Positions 54,752 to 64,000 of a stretch of 64,000 nt of DNA are shown here, piece after piece (position 1 is the stretch's first letter; each line of letters starts with the position of its first letter). Source of the DNA: an uncultured delta proteobacterium (GTDB lineage: Bacteria; Myxococcota_A; Polyangia; Polyangiales; Polyangiaceae); assembly GCA_963850305.1 (NCBI GenBank), contig CAWKKR010000003.1, positions 51,133 through 115,132 of the forward strand, read 5' to 3'. The position numbers and the translations under genes are program-made. The notes beneath the pieces were generated by a model. It saw nothing but the letters and a program-made list of their open reading frames with translations, was not told the DNA's origin and made no database searches.

Positions 54752-56448
54752 GCGTGAAGAAGGAACTACCGTTGTCAGCCGATATCGCGAGCCTGAGGCA
54801 AAAAGCAGCAAAGCGTTTGAACCGGGTCGCTCCGAAGTCCGAGACGGTGTCCGAGCGGGACGCGCAGCGCCTGTTGCACGAACTCGAGGTGCATCAGGTC
54901 GAGCTCGAGATCCAGAACGAAGAGCTCCGAGCGGCTCGCGTCGAGGTGGAGACGGCGCTCGAGCGGTATACCGAGGTCTTCCTGTTCGCGCCGATCGGCT
55001 ACGCGATCTTGGCGCTCGACGGGACGATTCGTGAAATCAACCACATGGGGGCCCGCCTTCTCGGGAGGGAGAGCTCGCGCCTCGTCGGCGCGCGATTTCG
55101 AGGGCTGATCGCTCCCGAGGACGCTTCTCAAATCGGAGAGCTGCTCGCGGCGGCACACAGGACCGGTGCCGACGGCAAAGAGACCAGCGAAGTGCAGCTC
55201 GGCCATGGAGAGCCCCCGATTCGCGTCCATTTGACGGCCACCGCGCTCTCTCGCGCCGAGCCTGTCACGCTGCTCGCGTTCGAAGACATCACCGAGCGGA
55301 TTTCTCGGGAAGCGAAGCTCGCCCGCGCGGAAGAAGCCTTGCGCGAGGTCGACCGGCGCAAGAACGATTTCCTCGCGGTACTCTCCCACGAGCTCAGAAA
55401 TCCCATGGGCCCGATCAAGAGCAGCCTGTTCGTGCTCACGCGCGCGGACCCGATGAGCGAGCAGGCGCAGCATGCGCGGGCGATCATCGATCGTCAGGTG
55501 ACCCACCTCACCCGCCTCATCGACGATCTCCTCGACGTCGCGCGCATCGCCCGCGGCAAAATCCACCTCCAGCGCGAGCACGTCGACCTCGGGGATCTGG
55601 TGCGTCGAACGATGGACGATCACCGCGCGGAGTTCGACGCAAGCGGCGTGAGACTCGGGGAGCGGCTCGAACCAGGTCCGCACTGGGTCGACGTCGATCC
55701 GTCGCGACTAACCCAAGCAATCAGCAACCTCCTCGGAAACGCCGAGAAATTCACGCCGCGCGGAGGCTCGGTCGTCGTCACGCTCTGGAGCCAGGACAAC
55801 GACGTCGCGGTGAGCGTGCGAGATACGGGGACCGGCATCGCGCCGGAGGTGCTGGCGCACCTCTTCGAGCCGTTCATGCAGGCGCCCCAAACCGTGGAAC
55901 GCTCGCGAGGCGGGCTCGGGCTCGGGCTCGCGATGGTGCGCGGCCTCATCGAGCTGCACGGAGGCAAGGTGAGCATCTCGAGCCAGGGCCCCGGCTGCGG
56001 CACCGAGATCACGGCCGTCCTACCCTCGAGCGATCCTCCCACCGTCGTAGAGGCACCAAGGCAATCCAACGTTACCGATGGGCGCCGTGTGCTGGTCATC
56101 GAGGACAACCGAGACGCCGCAACGAGCCTCAAATACCTACTCGAGCTCAGCGGGCACGACGTGCAGATCGCCCACGACGGCAAGGCGGGCCTCGAGCTTG
56201 CCATGCGATTTCGACCCGAGGTCGTCATCTGCGACATCGGCTTGCCGCGAATGGACGGGTACGCCGTCGCCAAGGCCTTTCGCGCATGCCAAGCGCTGCA
56301 CGAAGCGTATCTCATCGCCCTCAGCGGCTACGCGCAGCCGGAAGATCTCCAGCGAGCCGCCGACGCGGGGTTCAACGAACACGTCGCAAAGCCCGCGAGC
56401 ATCGAAAAGCTCGATTCCATTTTCGCGCAAACCGCTCTGCGACATTGA
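54748..56448 (+). CDS. Hybrid histidine kinase (PAS-HisKA-HATPase-REC)
   Basis: HELEVHQVELEIQNEEL, SHELRNP, NAEKFT, DTGTG, GGLGLGL, CDIGLP. Confidence 0.95.
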   Translation: MSVKKELPLSADIASLRQKAAKRLNRVAPKSETVSERDAQRLLHELEVHQVELEIQNEELRAARVEVETALERYTEVFLFAPIGYAILALDGTIREINHMGARLLGRESSRLVGARFRGLIAPEDASQIGELLAAAHRTGADGKETSEVQLGHGEPPIRVHLTATALSRAEPVTLLAFEDITERISREAKLARAEEALREVDRRKNDFLAVLSHELRNPMGPIKSSLFVLTRADPMSEQAQHARAIIDRQVTHLTRLIDDLLDVARIARGKIHLQREHVDLGDLVRRTMDDHRAEFDASGVRLGERLEPGPHWVDVDPSRLTQAISNLLGNAEKFTPRGGSVVVTLWSQDNDVAVSVRDTGTGIAPEVLAHLFEPFMQAPQTVERSRGGLGLGLAMVRGLIELHGGKVSISSQGPGCGTEITAVLPSSDPPTVVEAPRQSNVTDGRRVLVIEDNRDAATSLKYLLELSGHDVQIAHDGKAGLELAMRFRPEVVICDIGLPRMDGYAVAKAFRACQALHEAYLIALSGYAQPEDLQRAADAGFNEHVAKPASIEKLDSIFAQTALRH

Positions 56449-56599
56449 CCTGCCGAAGGGGCTCGTCGTGGCTACTCGGCTCCTCTGCCGCAGGATCGCC
56501 CAGGAATCCGGTACAGTACAAGACTTGAACGGCCCCGCGCGCTGTCCGGTCGGGGCTCCATGGCGTCAGTTCCGACGGAACCGAAGGCAACCCACGCCG

Positions 56600-57000
56600 G
56601 GGTCCATGCGCGATCCGTCGGCATCATGAGCGACCCGGACGAGATCGTCGATGATCGCGTCGGAATCACCCATGGACCCATCGAGGTCATGTCGTTGCCC
56701 TGTCGCGCGTCAGAGACGAACCCGTCGCGATCACGCATGGACCCGCCAGGGTCCACCCGTTGACCCTGACGGGTCAGCGGTGAATCCGTCGCGATCATGC
56801 ATGGACCCGTCGGGGTCAACTCATCGCCCTGCCCCGGGTCAGCGGCGAACCCGTCGCGATCAGCACAGACCCTACGCGGTCATATCGTTGACCTCGCCCG
56901 GGTAAGCGACGGATGCCGACCGGTTCACGCTTGATTGCGGCGGGTTCACGCGTGACCCCGACGCGGTTGCCACTGAATCCGAAGCATCCGACGCTCGTGC
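56600..57000. repeat. Degenerate ~21-bp-periodic array with three ~64-bp higher-order units
   Basis: GAA(C/T)CCGTCGCGATCA at 56718, 56782 and 56847. Recurrent GACC...GGTC mini-palindromes. Confidence 0.7.
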
Positions 57001-57291
57001 CACGAAGACGACCCGATGAGGTCGCGACGGTCGTCGCCGATCTCGGCGGTTGAATACACGATCGCAACGACGTCGTGAGCAGACCCGGCGCACTGTTGCA
57101 AGATTACCACACCAGTGTCGTCGAATTGCGCCGCTGTGAATCCCATTCACAGTTGTCCCTCGGGCCGAAGCGTGTCGGCACCGAAGGAATCCTTCGTGGT
57201 CCGAGATGGCCCTGCGTTTGCAGAAGGGGAGCGCGGCGCTCATGTCGAGCGTCGTGTGAACGACAAACAACGAGAACAGGAGCCAAGTGTC

Positions 57292-57897
57292 ATGACCCAA
57301 AACCCAAGCAAAGTAGTTCTCATCAATCTGGAAGAGAACGTGATCGCGGGACTCGCGAAGCTCGCGCCCGATGCGAGCTTGCCCCTCGGAGGCAAGCTCG
57401 TCGCGAGCAAGGATCTGCAAGCGCAGATTCAAGCTCACGTGGACACGATGAACTCGGTGAACGACGCGCGAGCGAAGTTCTCCGAGCTCGTCGGTCTCAA
57501 CAGGGCGCAACGAACCGCCATGAAACCGGTGCTCGCGACGATCCGGAACTACGTCGCTGGACTCTACGGAGAGAACAGCGCCGAGTTCGCCTCCTTCGGT
57601 TTCAAGCCGAAGAAGGTGGCCCAGCGAACGCCCTTGTCGAAGGTGGAAGCCGCGGAGAAGTTGCGCGCTACACGCGCTGCCCGTCACACGATGGGCAAAG
57701 TGCAGCGCTCGACGATCCACGGCGTCGTCCCGACGCCGGCGACGGTTGCACCCGTCGTCTCGCCACCGGTGACTCCAGCACCGATCGTCGTGACGCCCGT
57801 GAGCCCCGCGCCGATCGCGAACCCGACGCCCCCGCTCGACCCGGTGACGAATGGAGCACCGACGGCCAGCGTCGTCATGAACGGGGCGGCGCATTGA
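57292..57897 (+). CDS. Basic helical hypothetical protein with a P/T/V-rich tail
   Basis: AGGAG RBS; YGENSAEFASFGFKPKK...KLRATRAARHTMGK. Confidence 0.8.
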   Translation: MTQNPSKVVLINLEENVIAGLAKLAPDASLPLGGKLVASKDLQAQIQAHVDTMNSVNDARAKFSELVGLNRAQRTAMKPVLATIRNYVAGLYGENSAEFASFGFKPKKVAQRTPLSKVEAAEKLRATRAARHTMGKVQRSTIHGVVPTPATVAPVVSPPVTPAPIVVTPVSPAPIANPTPPLDPVTNGAPTASVVMNGAAH

Positions 57898-57910
57898 GAA
57901 GAATGAGGAA

Positions 57911-57967
57911 GCCGCGGGGAGCTTCGAAGCAAGGGCTCCCCGCGGCGATGAGGGGGCCAGCCCCTCA
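57911..57967 (+). terminator. Double hairpin downstream of the 57292 gene (terminator or REP-like)
   Basis: Perfect 12-bp stem 57911-57922/57935-57946 and 7-bp stem 57949-57955/57961-57967. No U-tract. Confidence 0.5.
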
Positions 57968-58027
57968 GGGTGCAGCCGCATCGAACTCACGGCACGACGT
58001 TCACGACGATGGAGAATCGAGCCGCGA

Positions 58028-58150
58028 CTCGAAAGCCGCGCGATCATCGGTCAATGCATGCCCGGCGCCGAGGACTACGTTGCGTCGGCGACGATCGAAG
58101 CCAAAAAGCCGGGCGGCAAGACGTGCTGCGCCCCCTCCTGCTGCACGTGA
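58028..58150 (+). pseudogene. arsM: 3' remnant of arsenite methyltransferase
   Basis: ESRAIIGQCMPGAEDYVASATIEAKKPGGKTCCAPSCCT* resembles an ArsM C-terminus with vicinal Cys pairs. Confidence 0.6.
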
Positions 58151-58160
58151 GAGGCGAAGG

Positions 58161-58401
58161 ATGATCGCACGGGAGTCCCGCGGCGAAGGACGCCTCCGAG
58201 ATGCTCGGAATTTCGCTCTCCGGAATGAAATCGCGAATCCAACGCGGTCGCGACAAGATCCGCGAGATGTTCGAGGAGTGCTGCAAGATCTCCCTCGACT
58301 GTCGGGGACGGGTGGTCGAATGCGTGGCTCGCAAATTGGACGAGGTGCCGGAGGACTGCCGCGGCGCCGCGGCGGCATTGGCCGCGAAACACCGCGTATG
58401 A
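58161..58401 (+). pseudogene. sigZ: Internally deleted SigZ-like ECF sigma factor
   Basis: MIARESRG start joined out of frame to region 4, KDASEMLGISLSGMKSRIQRGR...EECC...DCRGRVVEC. Confidence 0.75.
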
Positions 58402-58438
58402 CGCCACCCAGCGCGCTCGCGAGTACAATGCGTCGTTG

Positions 58439-59446
58439 ATGTCTCCCCTGCGTCGCGCCGTCGCGTATCTCGGTTGTTCGCTCGGAGCCGCGCTGTCGCT
58501 ATCGTGTGGGCGACTCGGTTACGAACTCGAGGTATCTTCGCGCCCTCCACAGATGGGAGGCGGTGGAAGCGCCGCGACGGCAACCGGCGGCGCGGAGAGC
58601 CAAGGCGGGACGGCATCCACGCCGGATGGGTCGCTTTCGTCCGGAGGGACCGGCACCGGCGGCGCTCGGTCGCGTCCCGACGCCGGTGCTTCGAGTGACG
58701 CGGGAGGCGACGCAGCGACCCCGGTCGACGCAGCCGCGGACGCGGCGGATGCAACCGACGCGGCGGATGCAACCGACGCGGCGGATGCAACCGACGCGGC
58801 CAGCCCAAAGGACGCCGCTGCCGACAGCGGAAGCATCTATCCACCGTGCACTTCGACACTTCAGTGGATCACCAACTTCGACTCCGATCCGACCACGACG
58901 GACGCCAACCATGACGGCATCTTCGATTGGGTCGTGCGGGACGCCACGCCCTTCCAGACGAGCGAGTTGTCGAACGGCATCTGGACGACGTCCAGCGGCA
59001 AACCTCTAGATTCGCGGCCGCTGAATGATTTCTCCGCGCGCACGGTCGTCGACGTCACGCTTCGCAGCTTGACGGTTCCCGCATCACACCGGGGCGCCAT
59101 CTTTTGGATCAACTTGAACGAAGGCGCGGCCCTGTTCTCCGCCTTGTTCGTGAACGTCGTCTTGCAACCAGGCGGTGGTCAGGAGCTCGATCTCTTCGGA
59201 AAGACGGACAACGCGACGGAAACGCCACTCGCGACGTTTCCGAATCTCCCTGAGGCGTTCATCGCCGTCCATCTCGACGTCGATCCGAGTGCACTCACCG
59301 TCGCGCTGTGGATCGACGGCACGCTCGAAAACACTTACGCCATTCCCGCGACAGGCACGCCGAACGGCGACGCGTTCGCGACGCTGCTCTCGTGGGAAGG
59401 GACGTCCCAATTCGACTTCGTCGACGTCCGAACGTGCGCGCTCTGA
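58439..59446 (+). CDS. Lipoprotein with a low-complexity linker and beta-rich C-terminal domain
   Basis: Lipobox SLSC. 18-bp repeat (DAADAT) x3 at 58739-58792. Confidence 0.75.
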   Translation: MSPLRRAVAYLGCSLGAALSLSCGRLGYELEVSSRPPQMGGGGSAATATGGAESQGGTASTPDGSLSSGGTGTGGARSRPDAGASSDAGGDAATPVDAAADAADATDAADATDAADATDAASPKDAAADSGSIYPPCTSTLQWITNFDSDPTTTDANHDGIFDWVVRDATPFQTSELSNGIWTTSSGKPLDSRPLNDFSARTVVDVTLRSLTVPASHRGAIFWINLNEGAALFSALFVNVVLQPGGGQELDLFGKTDNATETPLATFPNLPEAFIAVHLDVDPSALTVALWIDGTLENTYAIPATGTPNGDAFATLLSWEGTSQFDFVDVRTCAL

Positions 59447-60160
59447 CGGCGCCGGCATCCCACGCGCCTGCGAGCGCTGTCGACCCTGCCGATGGCCGCG
59501 CCGAAGGCCGTCGCGGCCGAGCTCGAACGCGCCGCCAGCCTCGGGTGCGTGGGGGTGATGGTCTACGGCCGCACCGGTGACACTCCCCTCGACGATCGCT
59601 GCTACGATGAAATGTTCGCGGCCGCGGCCGCGCTGAAGCAGCCGATCTTCATCCATCCGCAGATCCCCCCGAACGCCGTGCGGACGGCGGCATACTCGGG
59701 ACTCGGCGCGATGACCGACCTGGCACTGTCGACGTTCGCGTGGGGGTGGCACCTCGAGGCGGCCCTCTCCGCGCTGCGCCTCATCGCGCGCGGCACCTTC
59801 GACCGTCACCCCGACCTCGACATCATCCTGGGGCACTGGGGCGAGCTGTTGCTCTTCTGGCTGGATCGCGCGGAAAGCCTCTCCCGCATCGCGGGCCTTC
59901 AGCGCAAGGTCACCGACTACGTCCGTAGCAACCTCTTCATCACCAGCTCCGGCATGTTCAACCCGGCGCTGCTCCGCCACACGCTGTCGGTCACCACCAT
60001 CGACCGGCTTCTCTTCTCCACCGACTATCCCTTCCAGCGTCCCACCCGCGACGAGATCCAGCGGTTCTTGACCGAGTTCGACACCGACGAGCAACGCGAC
60101 AAATTCAGCGCCGACAACGCCCGCCAGCTCTTCGGCATCCACCGTGAAGAGCCCCGATGA
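59447..60160 (+). pseudogene. 5'-truncated amidohydrolase_2 (ACMSD-like)
   Basis: Similarity begins mid-protein (RHPTRLRALSTLPM). IFIHP, GHWGE and FSTDYP are present; the N-terminal metal-binding motif is absent. Confidence 0.75.
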
Positions 60161-60204
60161 ACGCGCCGCGAAGTGCGTCGTGGATTTCGCTCGGCGAGAA
60201 AGCG

Positions 60205-60412
60205 GATGCGGGCGACGACGGCGGCGCGGGAGCCGCGGGGGCCGGCGGCGCGACTCGTGCGGGCGCTCGAGTGGCAGCGGCAGTTCGACGCGTGCGAGGT
60301 CTCGTTGCGGGCGGAGATTGCGCGGCGGGAGGGGATTTCGCGGGCGCGGGTGACGCAGATCATGGCCGCCCTTACCGGAGACCCGAGTACTCGCCGTTCG
60401 TCGTGCGGTTGA
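60205..60412 (+). pseudogene. HTH fragment of a type often found at integrative element ends
   Basis: LVRALEWQRQFD..EV..RAEIARREGISRARVTQIM. Confidence 0.5.
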
Positions 60413-60580
60413 GGTCGTCCAGGATCGCGACAACACTCGAGCCCTCCCGTTGAGGACGCTCTACTCCGTCCCTCGGACGGCCATCTCGCTCCGTTCCGAA
60501 TTTCCGCGAGTTCGCGCGATCGTCAACACCAAGGGCAATCGTAATTGGTCCGAAGAAAGTCGCGGGGTACAGTCGGCAGC

Positions 60581-62290
60581 ATGGCCGAGCCGCCGATTCC
60601 GAAACCCAATGCCACCACGTACTCGTTGGAGGACATTGTTCAAGAAGTCCTCAACGGCCGGGTCCGGATCCCTGAGTTTCAGCGGAGCTTCCGATGGCAG
60701 TGGGAGGACGTCAGGAGGCTCGTTGAAAGCATTGTTAGAGGCTACCCGATCGGATCGTTGCTCCTGTGGTCGCGTCCGGCCGAGCAAGACAACCTGCAAC
60801 TCGGCGCGCTGACCATTCCCGCCGCGAAGACAGACGAGGCTCTCTGGGTCGTCGACGGTCAACAGCGACTGACGAGTTTGGCGAATGCGCTCAGCGACGA
60901 GGGCGCCAGCGATCCACGATTCTCGGTTGCGTACGACCTTGAAGAGGACGTTTTCTGCAAGATATCGAACGAACGTCCTCACGCCGTGCCGCTTCCCGTA
61001 CTTTTCGATCTTCAGCGCCTACTTCGTTGGTTCGCCGACCACCCTGAGGCTAGCGGCTACTTCGATGAAGGGACTCGAGTCGCAAAAGCGATTCGCCAGT
61101 ACGCGATCCCCGCATACATCGTGAAACAGCGCGACGAAGATGTTCTGCGCGACATTTTCGACCGCATGAACAACTACGGGAAGCGTCTCACCCGGGCCGA
61201 GGTTTTCTCCGCTCTGCACGCGGGAAAGGGACAGGAAGGGCCGCCGCGAACATTCGGCGACATTGTCGACCACATCGATACGCAGCGGGGCTTCGGCAGA
61301 CTCGACGAGGACACGGTCCTTCGAGCCGTGCTGGCTCGTCGGGGTCCGGACGTCACGAGGGAGATTCGGAATGAGTTTGGTGGTGGTCGTGCATCAAAAG
61401 AATTCCCGAACGAAGCACCCGATGAAGCGTACCGGCTCGGGGACGAAGCCCTAACGCGGGCCGTCGCGTTCTTGCAGATCGACGCAGGGGTTCCGCACTT
61501 CGGGTTCCTGACGTACCGATATCTGCTGGTTGTTCTAACTCGCTTCTTCGCGCACCACCCCGCCCCATCCCCGAGGAATCGTGAACTCTTGAAACGTTGG
61601 TTTTGGCGAGCCGCGCTTGTGGGGCCAGAAGTATTCCGCGGATGGACCGAAGCCATGCGGATCCTCGGCCTTCGAGTTCAACCAGGGGACGAAAGCGGAT
61701 CCGTCCAGTCCTTGCTGGACGCGGTATCTAGTTTTTCCGTGAAGCTTCCCCCGATCGGAAGGTTTCGTAGCACGTCGGCGCACGCGCGGATGCTCCTCTG
61801 CGCACTTTGGTCGTTGGAGCCTCGTTCCGTACTCACTGCGGAACCATACGACCTCGCACTACTCGCCCAATCGCTCTCGGGACGACGAACTGCCATTGAC
61901 GTGATCTACACAATTCTGAAGCGCGAACCCGACGGAGGCCGAGCGCGCGCGGCGAACCGATGCATCTTACTCGGCGACGATACCGCCGAGGACGCGCGGA
62001 GCCGGTTTGCGAACCCGCCACTCGACGTACCGCAAAACAAGTGGACGAGCGTCCTTGAATCGCATGGCCTTAACGACGACATCGCGACGCTTCTTAGCAG
62101 ACGGGACTACCCCGCCTTTTTAAGCGAACGCGAGGCACTACTAGCCTCCGTGACCAAGTCGTTCCTCGCCAAAATGACCGCGACCAACTTCGAAGACACG
62201 CCTCCGCTCGACACTCTGGATATGGATGAGGACGACGACGACGACGACGACGACAACGAAAACGAGAGCCCGGACCATGAGAGCGATTGA
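60581..62290 (+). CDS. DUF262 (GmrS/ParB-like) domain protein with an acidic tail
   Basis: IPEFQRSFRW, GYPIGSLL, VDGQQRLT, IFDRMNNYGKRL. Ends DMDEDDDDDDDNENE. Confidence 0.9.
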   Translation: MAEPPIPKPNATTYSLEDIVQEVLNGRVRIPEFQRSFRWQWEDVRRLVESIVRGYPIGSLLLWSRPAEQDNLQLGALTIPAAKTDEALWVVDGQQRLTSLANALSDEGASDPRFSVAYDLEEDVFCKISNERPHAVPLPVLFDLQRLLRWFADHPEASGYFDEGTRVAKAIRQYAIPAYIVKQRDEDVLRDIFDRMNNYGKRLTRAEVFSALHAGKGQEGPPRTFGDIVDHIDTQRGFGRLDEDTVLRAVLARRGPDVTREIRNEFGGGRASKEFPNEAPDEAYRLGDEALTRAVAFLQIDAGVPHFGFLTYRYLLVVLTRFFAHHPAPSPRNRELLKRWFWRAALVGPEVFRGWTEAMRILGLRVQPGDESGSVQSLLDAVSSFSVKLPPIGRFRSTSAHARMLLCALWSLEPRSVLTAEPYDLALLAQSLSGRRTAIDVIYTILKREPDGGRARAANRCILLGDDTAEDARSRFANPPLDVPQNKWTSVLESHGLNDDIATLLSRRDYPAFLSEREALLASVTKSFLAKMTATNFEDTPPLDTLDMDEDDDDDDDDNENESPDHESD

Positions 62291-63506
62291 GCGCCGCTAC
62301 TCAGTCCTGCTGCACGATCGAGTCGTGGGTGCGCTTCACTCGCACGACGATCACACTCGATTCGTATTGGACGCCGGATACGTCCGCGATTCAGACCGGG
62401 CCGTGCTTGGGTTGCTTTTCGAGCAGGATCTTGCTGCGCAGCACCGCTCGAACATGCGGCTCCCGCCATGGTTTTCCAATTTGTTACCCGAAGGCCGCCT
62501 GCGCCGATTGATCGCCCACGCTCGAAACGTTTCTGAGTCTCGGGAACTTGAACTCCTTGCAGAGGTCGGACACGACCTTCCGGGAGCGGTGCGCGTGACC
62601 GAAACGGAGGACGTCCCAACCGACACCCGAACGCCAATGCGCGAGGTCGTGAGCGAGCAATCCAGGGCGCGCCACGACAGTGTGTGGCGGTTTTCGCTCG
62701 CCGGCGTTGCATTGAAGTTCTCGATGCTCGCAAAGGGCGAGCGATTTACTGCACCCGGAGTCGGCGAAGGCGGCGATTGGATCGTGAAGTTGCCGGACCC
62801 CACCTACCCTCAGGTTCCGCTGAACGAGTACTCCATGATGGAGCTGGCACGATCCGCGGGGCTCGAAGTACCGGAGACGCGACTCGTACACAGAAGCGAG
62901 CTCGGATCGGTGCCGGAGGAGTTTTGGCGCCCCGGCGAGGAGCGAGCGTATGCCATCCGTCGTTTCGACCGGACCAGCACGGGGCAGCGGGTGCACATGG
63001 AGGACCTCGCTCAGGTTCGAGGGCTCTATCCAGACGACAAGTACGCAGGCTCGTTCGAGACCGTTGGCGCCTTGATCTATAGGCGGCGCGATGCTCCTTC
63101 GCTCATCGAATTCGCCAAGCGGCTCGCTTTCAACGTCCTGATCGGCAACGGAGATGCCCATCTAAAGAATTGGTCGCTCCTCTATCGCGATCCCCGCATC
63201 CCAACCCTCTCTCCAGCGTATGATCTCGTGGCGACGGCGGTTTATCGCCCCGCAAACGAGCCTGAGGACCTCGGTCTCAAGTTCGGACGGTCACGTCGAT
63301 TTGAGACAGTCTCGATCGCGACGTTCAGCGCGCTCGAGGAGAGGCTGGGAGCAAAAAACGTGTACCTGGCCGACGAAGTCCGGGCCGTGGTGACCCGTGC
63401 GCGCGACGCGTGGCCACAGGTTGCCGAAGGATTCCGTGAGCATCCCGCGCTCCTCAACGGAATTGGGCGAACGATCTCGGAACGAGCGGCAAGCCTACTG
63501 CGCTAG
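62277..63506 (+). CDS. hipA: HipA-family kinase toxin with an N-terminal Couple_hipA domain
   Basis: PPWFSNLLPEG, FSLAGVALKFS, WIVKLP, RRFDR, HMEDLAQ, GNGDAHLKNWS, LSPAYDL. Confidence 0.93.
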   Translation: MRAIERRYSVLLHDRVVGALHSHDDHTRFVLDAGYVRDSDRAVLGLLFEQDLAAQHRSNMRLPPWFSNLLPEGRLRRLIAHARNVSESRELELLAEVGHDLPGAVRVTETEDVPTDTRTPMREVVSEQSRARHDSVWRFSLAGVALKFSMLAKGERFTAPGVGEGGDWIVKLPDPTYPQVPLNEYSMMELARSAGLEVPETRLVHRSELGSVPEEFWRPGEERAYAIRRFDRTSTGQRVHMEDLAQVRGLYPDDKYAGSFETVGALIYRRRDAPSLIEFAKRLAFNVLIGNGDAHLKNWSLLYRDPRIPTLSPAYDLVATAVYRPANEPEDLGLKFGRSRRFETVSIATFSALEERLGAKNVYLADEVRAVVTRARDAWPQVAEGFREHPALLNGIGRTISERAASLLR

Positions 63507-63559
63507 GCGGCGAGTTCAGAGTTCCGCCGCGTAACACGCGTCTACGGTCTACGGAGTAA

Positions 63560-63785
63560 GCCCTTCAGCTCCGCGTTGGCGACATCGTCGTGCTCGACAA
63601 CCTGCGTCCACACAAGGATCCCGCCGTGTTCGCCGACGCTGAGAAGCGTCGGGGCACGCGGCCGCCTTCTCCCTCCCTACTCGCCCGACATGAACCCGAT
63701 CGAGCTGCTTTGGAGCTTCGTGAAACGGAGCGTCCGCGCTGTCGCCCATCGTACTGACGCTTACGTGGCCGCGCTCGCGGCGGAC
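63560..63785 (+). mobile_element. IS630-family transposase fragment (frameshifted)
   Basis: GDIVVLDNLRPHK, then in another frame LPPYSPDMNPIELLWSFVK. Confidence 0.85.
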
Positions 63786-64000
63786 ACGGACGGGACGGTG
63801 GTCACCATCGCCTTCAACCGCGCCGCGCCTCAGGTGGCGTAGCGTTGCGCCCGCGGGGTTGGCGCCGGTACCCTAGGCGGACTCGATCCGGCAACCGCAG
63901 TGGTCGCAACCATCTACCCGCGATCCGCAGGCACGCACCGATCCGCCAACGAGGCGAGGCCAGGCGAACTGGGGAGCAAGCTCCAACTTGCGAACAGGGG

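Noticed and set aside
59444..59446. TGA readthrough fusing the lipoprotein to the amidohydrolase
   Set aside because: In frame, but the amidohydrolase lacks its N-terminal metal ligands and the domains are unrelated; a deletion junction is simpler.
62226..62276. Poly-Thr N-terminus of HipA
   Set aside because: It is the alternative-frame reading of the DUF262 GAC repeat; the likely start is ATG 62277.

Overview
High-GC window that looks like a Myxococcota (Polyangiaceae-like) chromosome, judged from a MYXO-CTERM motif, a DUF2378-like gene, TPR/PEGA and Ser/Thr kinase modules, and low-complexity lipoprotein linkers. All calls are by eye; no database searches were run. From left to right: (1) a hybrid kinase, a GT-C glycosyltransferase, an SDR and a nitroreductase; (2) a complete N-type ATPase operon in circularly permuted order (atpR-B-E-F-A-G-D-C-Q); (3) IS remnants; (4) a ~23 kb region (12.4-35.6 kb) of phosphatases, lipid and glycolipid enzymes (patatin, Psd, Mpo1-like, class III aminotransferase, PHP-GT4, GtrA, methyltransferases), a CBS-sensor kinase, several 11-bp-periodic Pho-box-like sites and a 70-bp triple-hairpin tandem array, inferred to be a phosphate-starvation membrane-remodelling island; (5) vapBC; (6) vWA lipoprotein, Pkn kinase, a giant Kelch/Cys-rich protein with an internal MYXO-CTERM, and PP2C; (7) a CheB-CheR fusion and hybrid kinase; (8) a decayed, mosaic right end with a repeat array, arsM/sigZ/amidohydrolase remnants, a DUF262-HipA operon (candidate defence system) and an IS630 fragment. 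Several genes carry single-base frameshifts. Four are exactly GATC to GAATC/GATTC, which suggests methylation-linked long-read errors rather than true pseudogenes.
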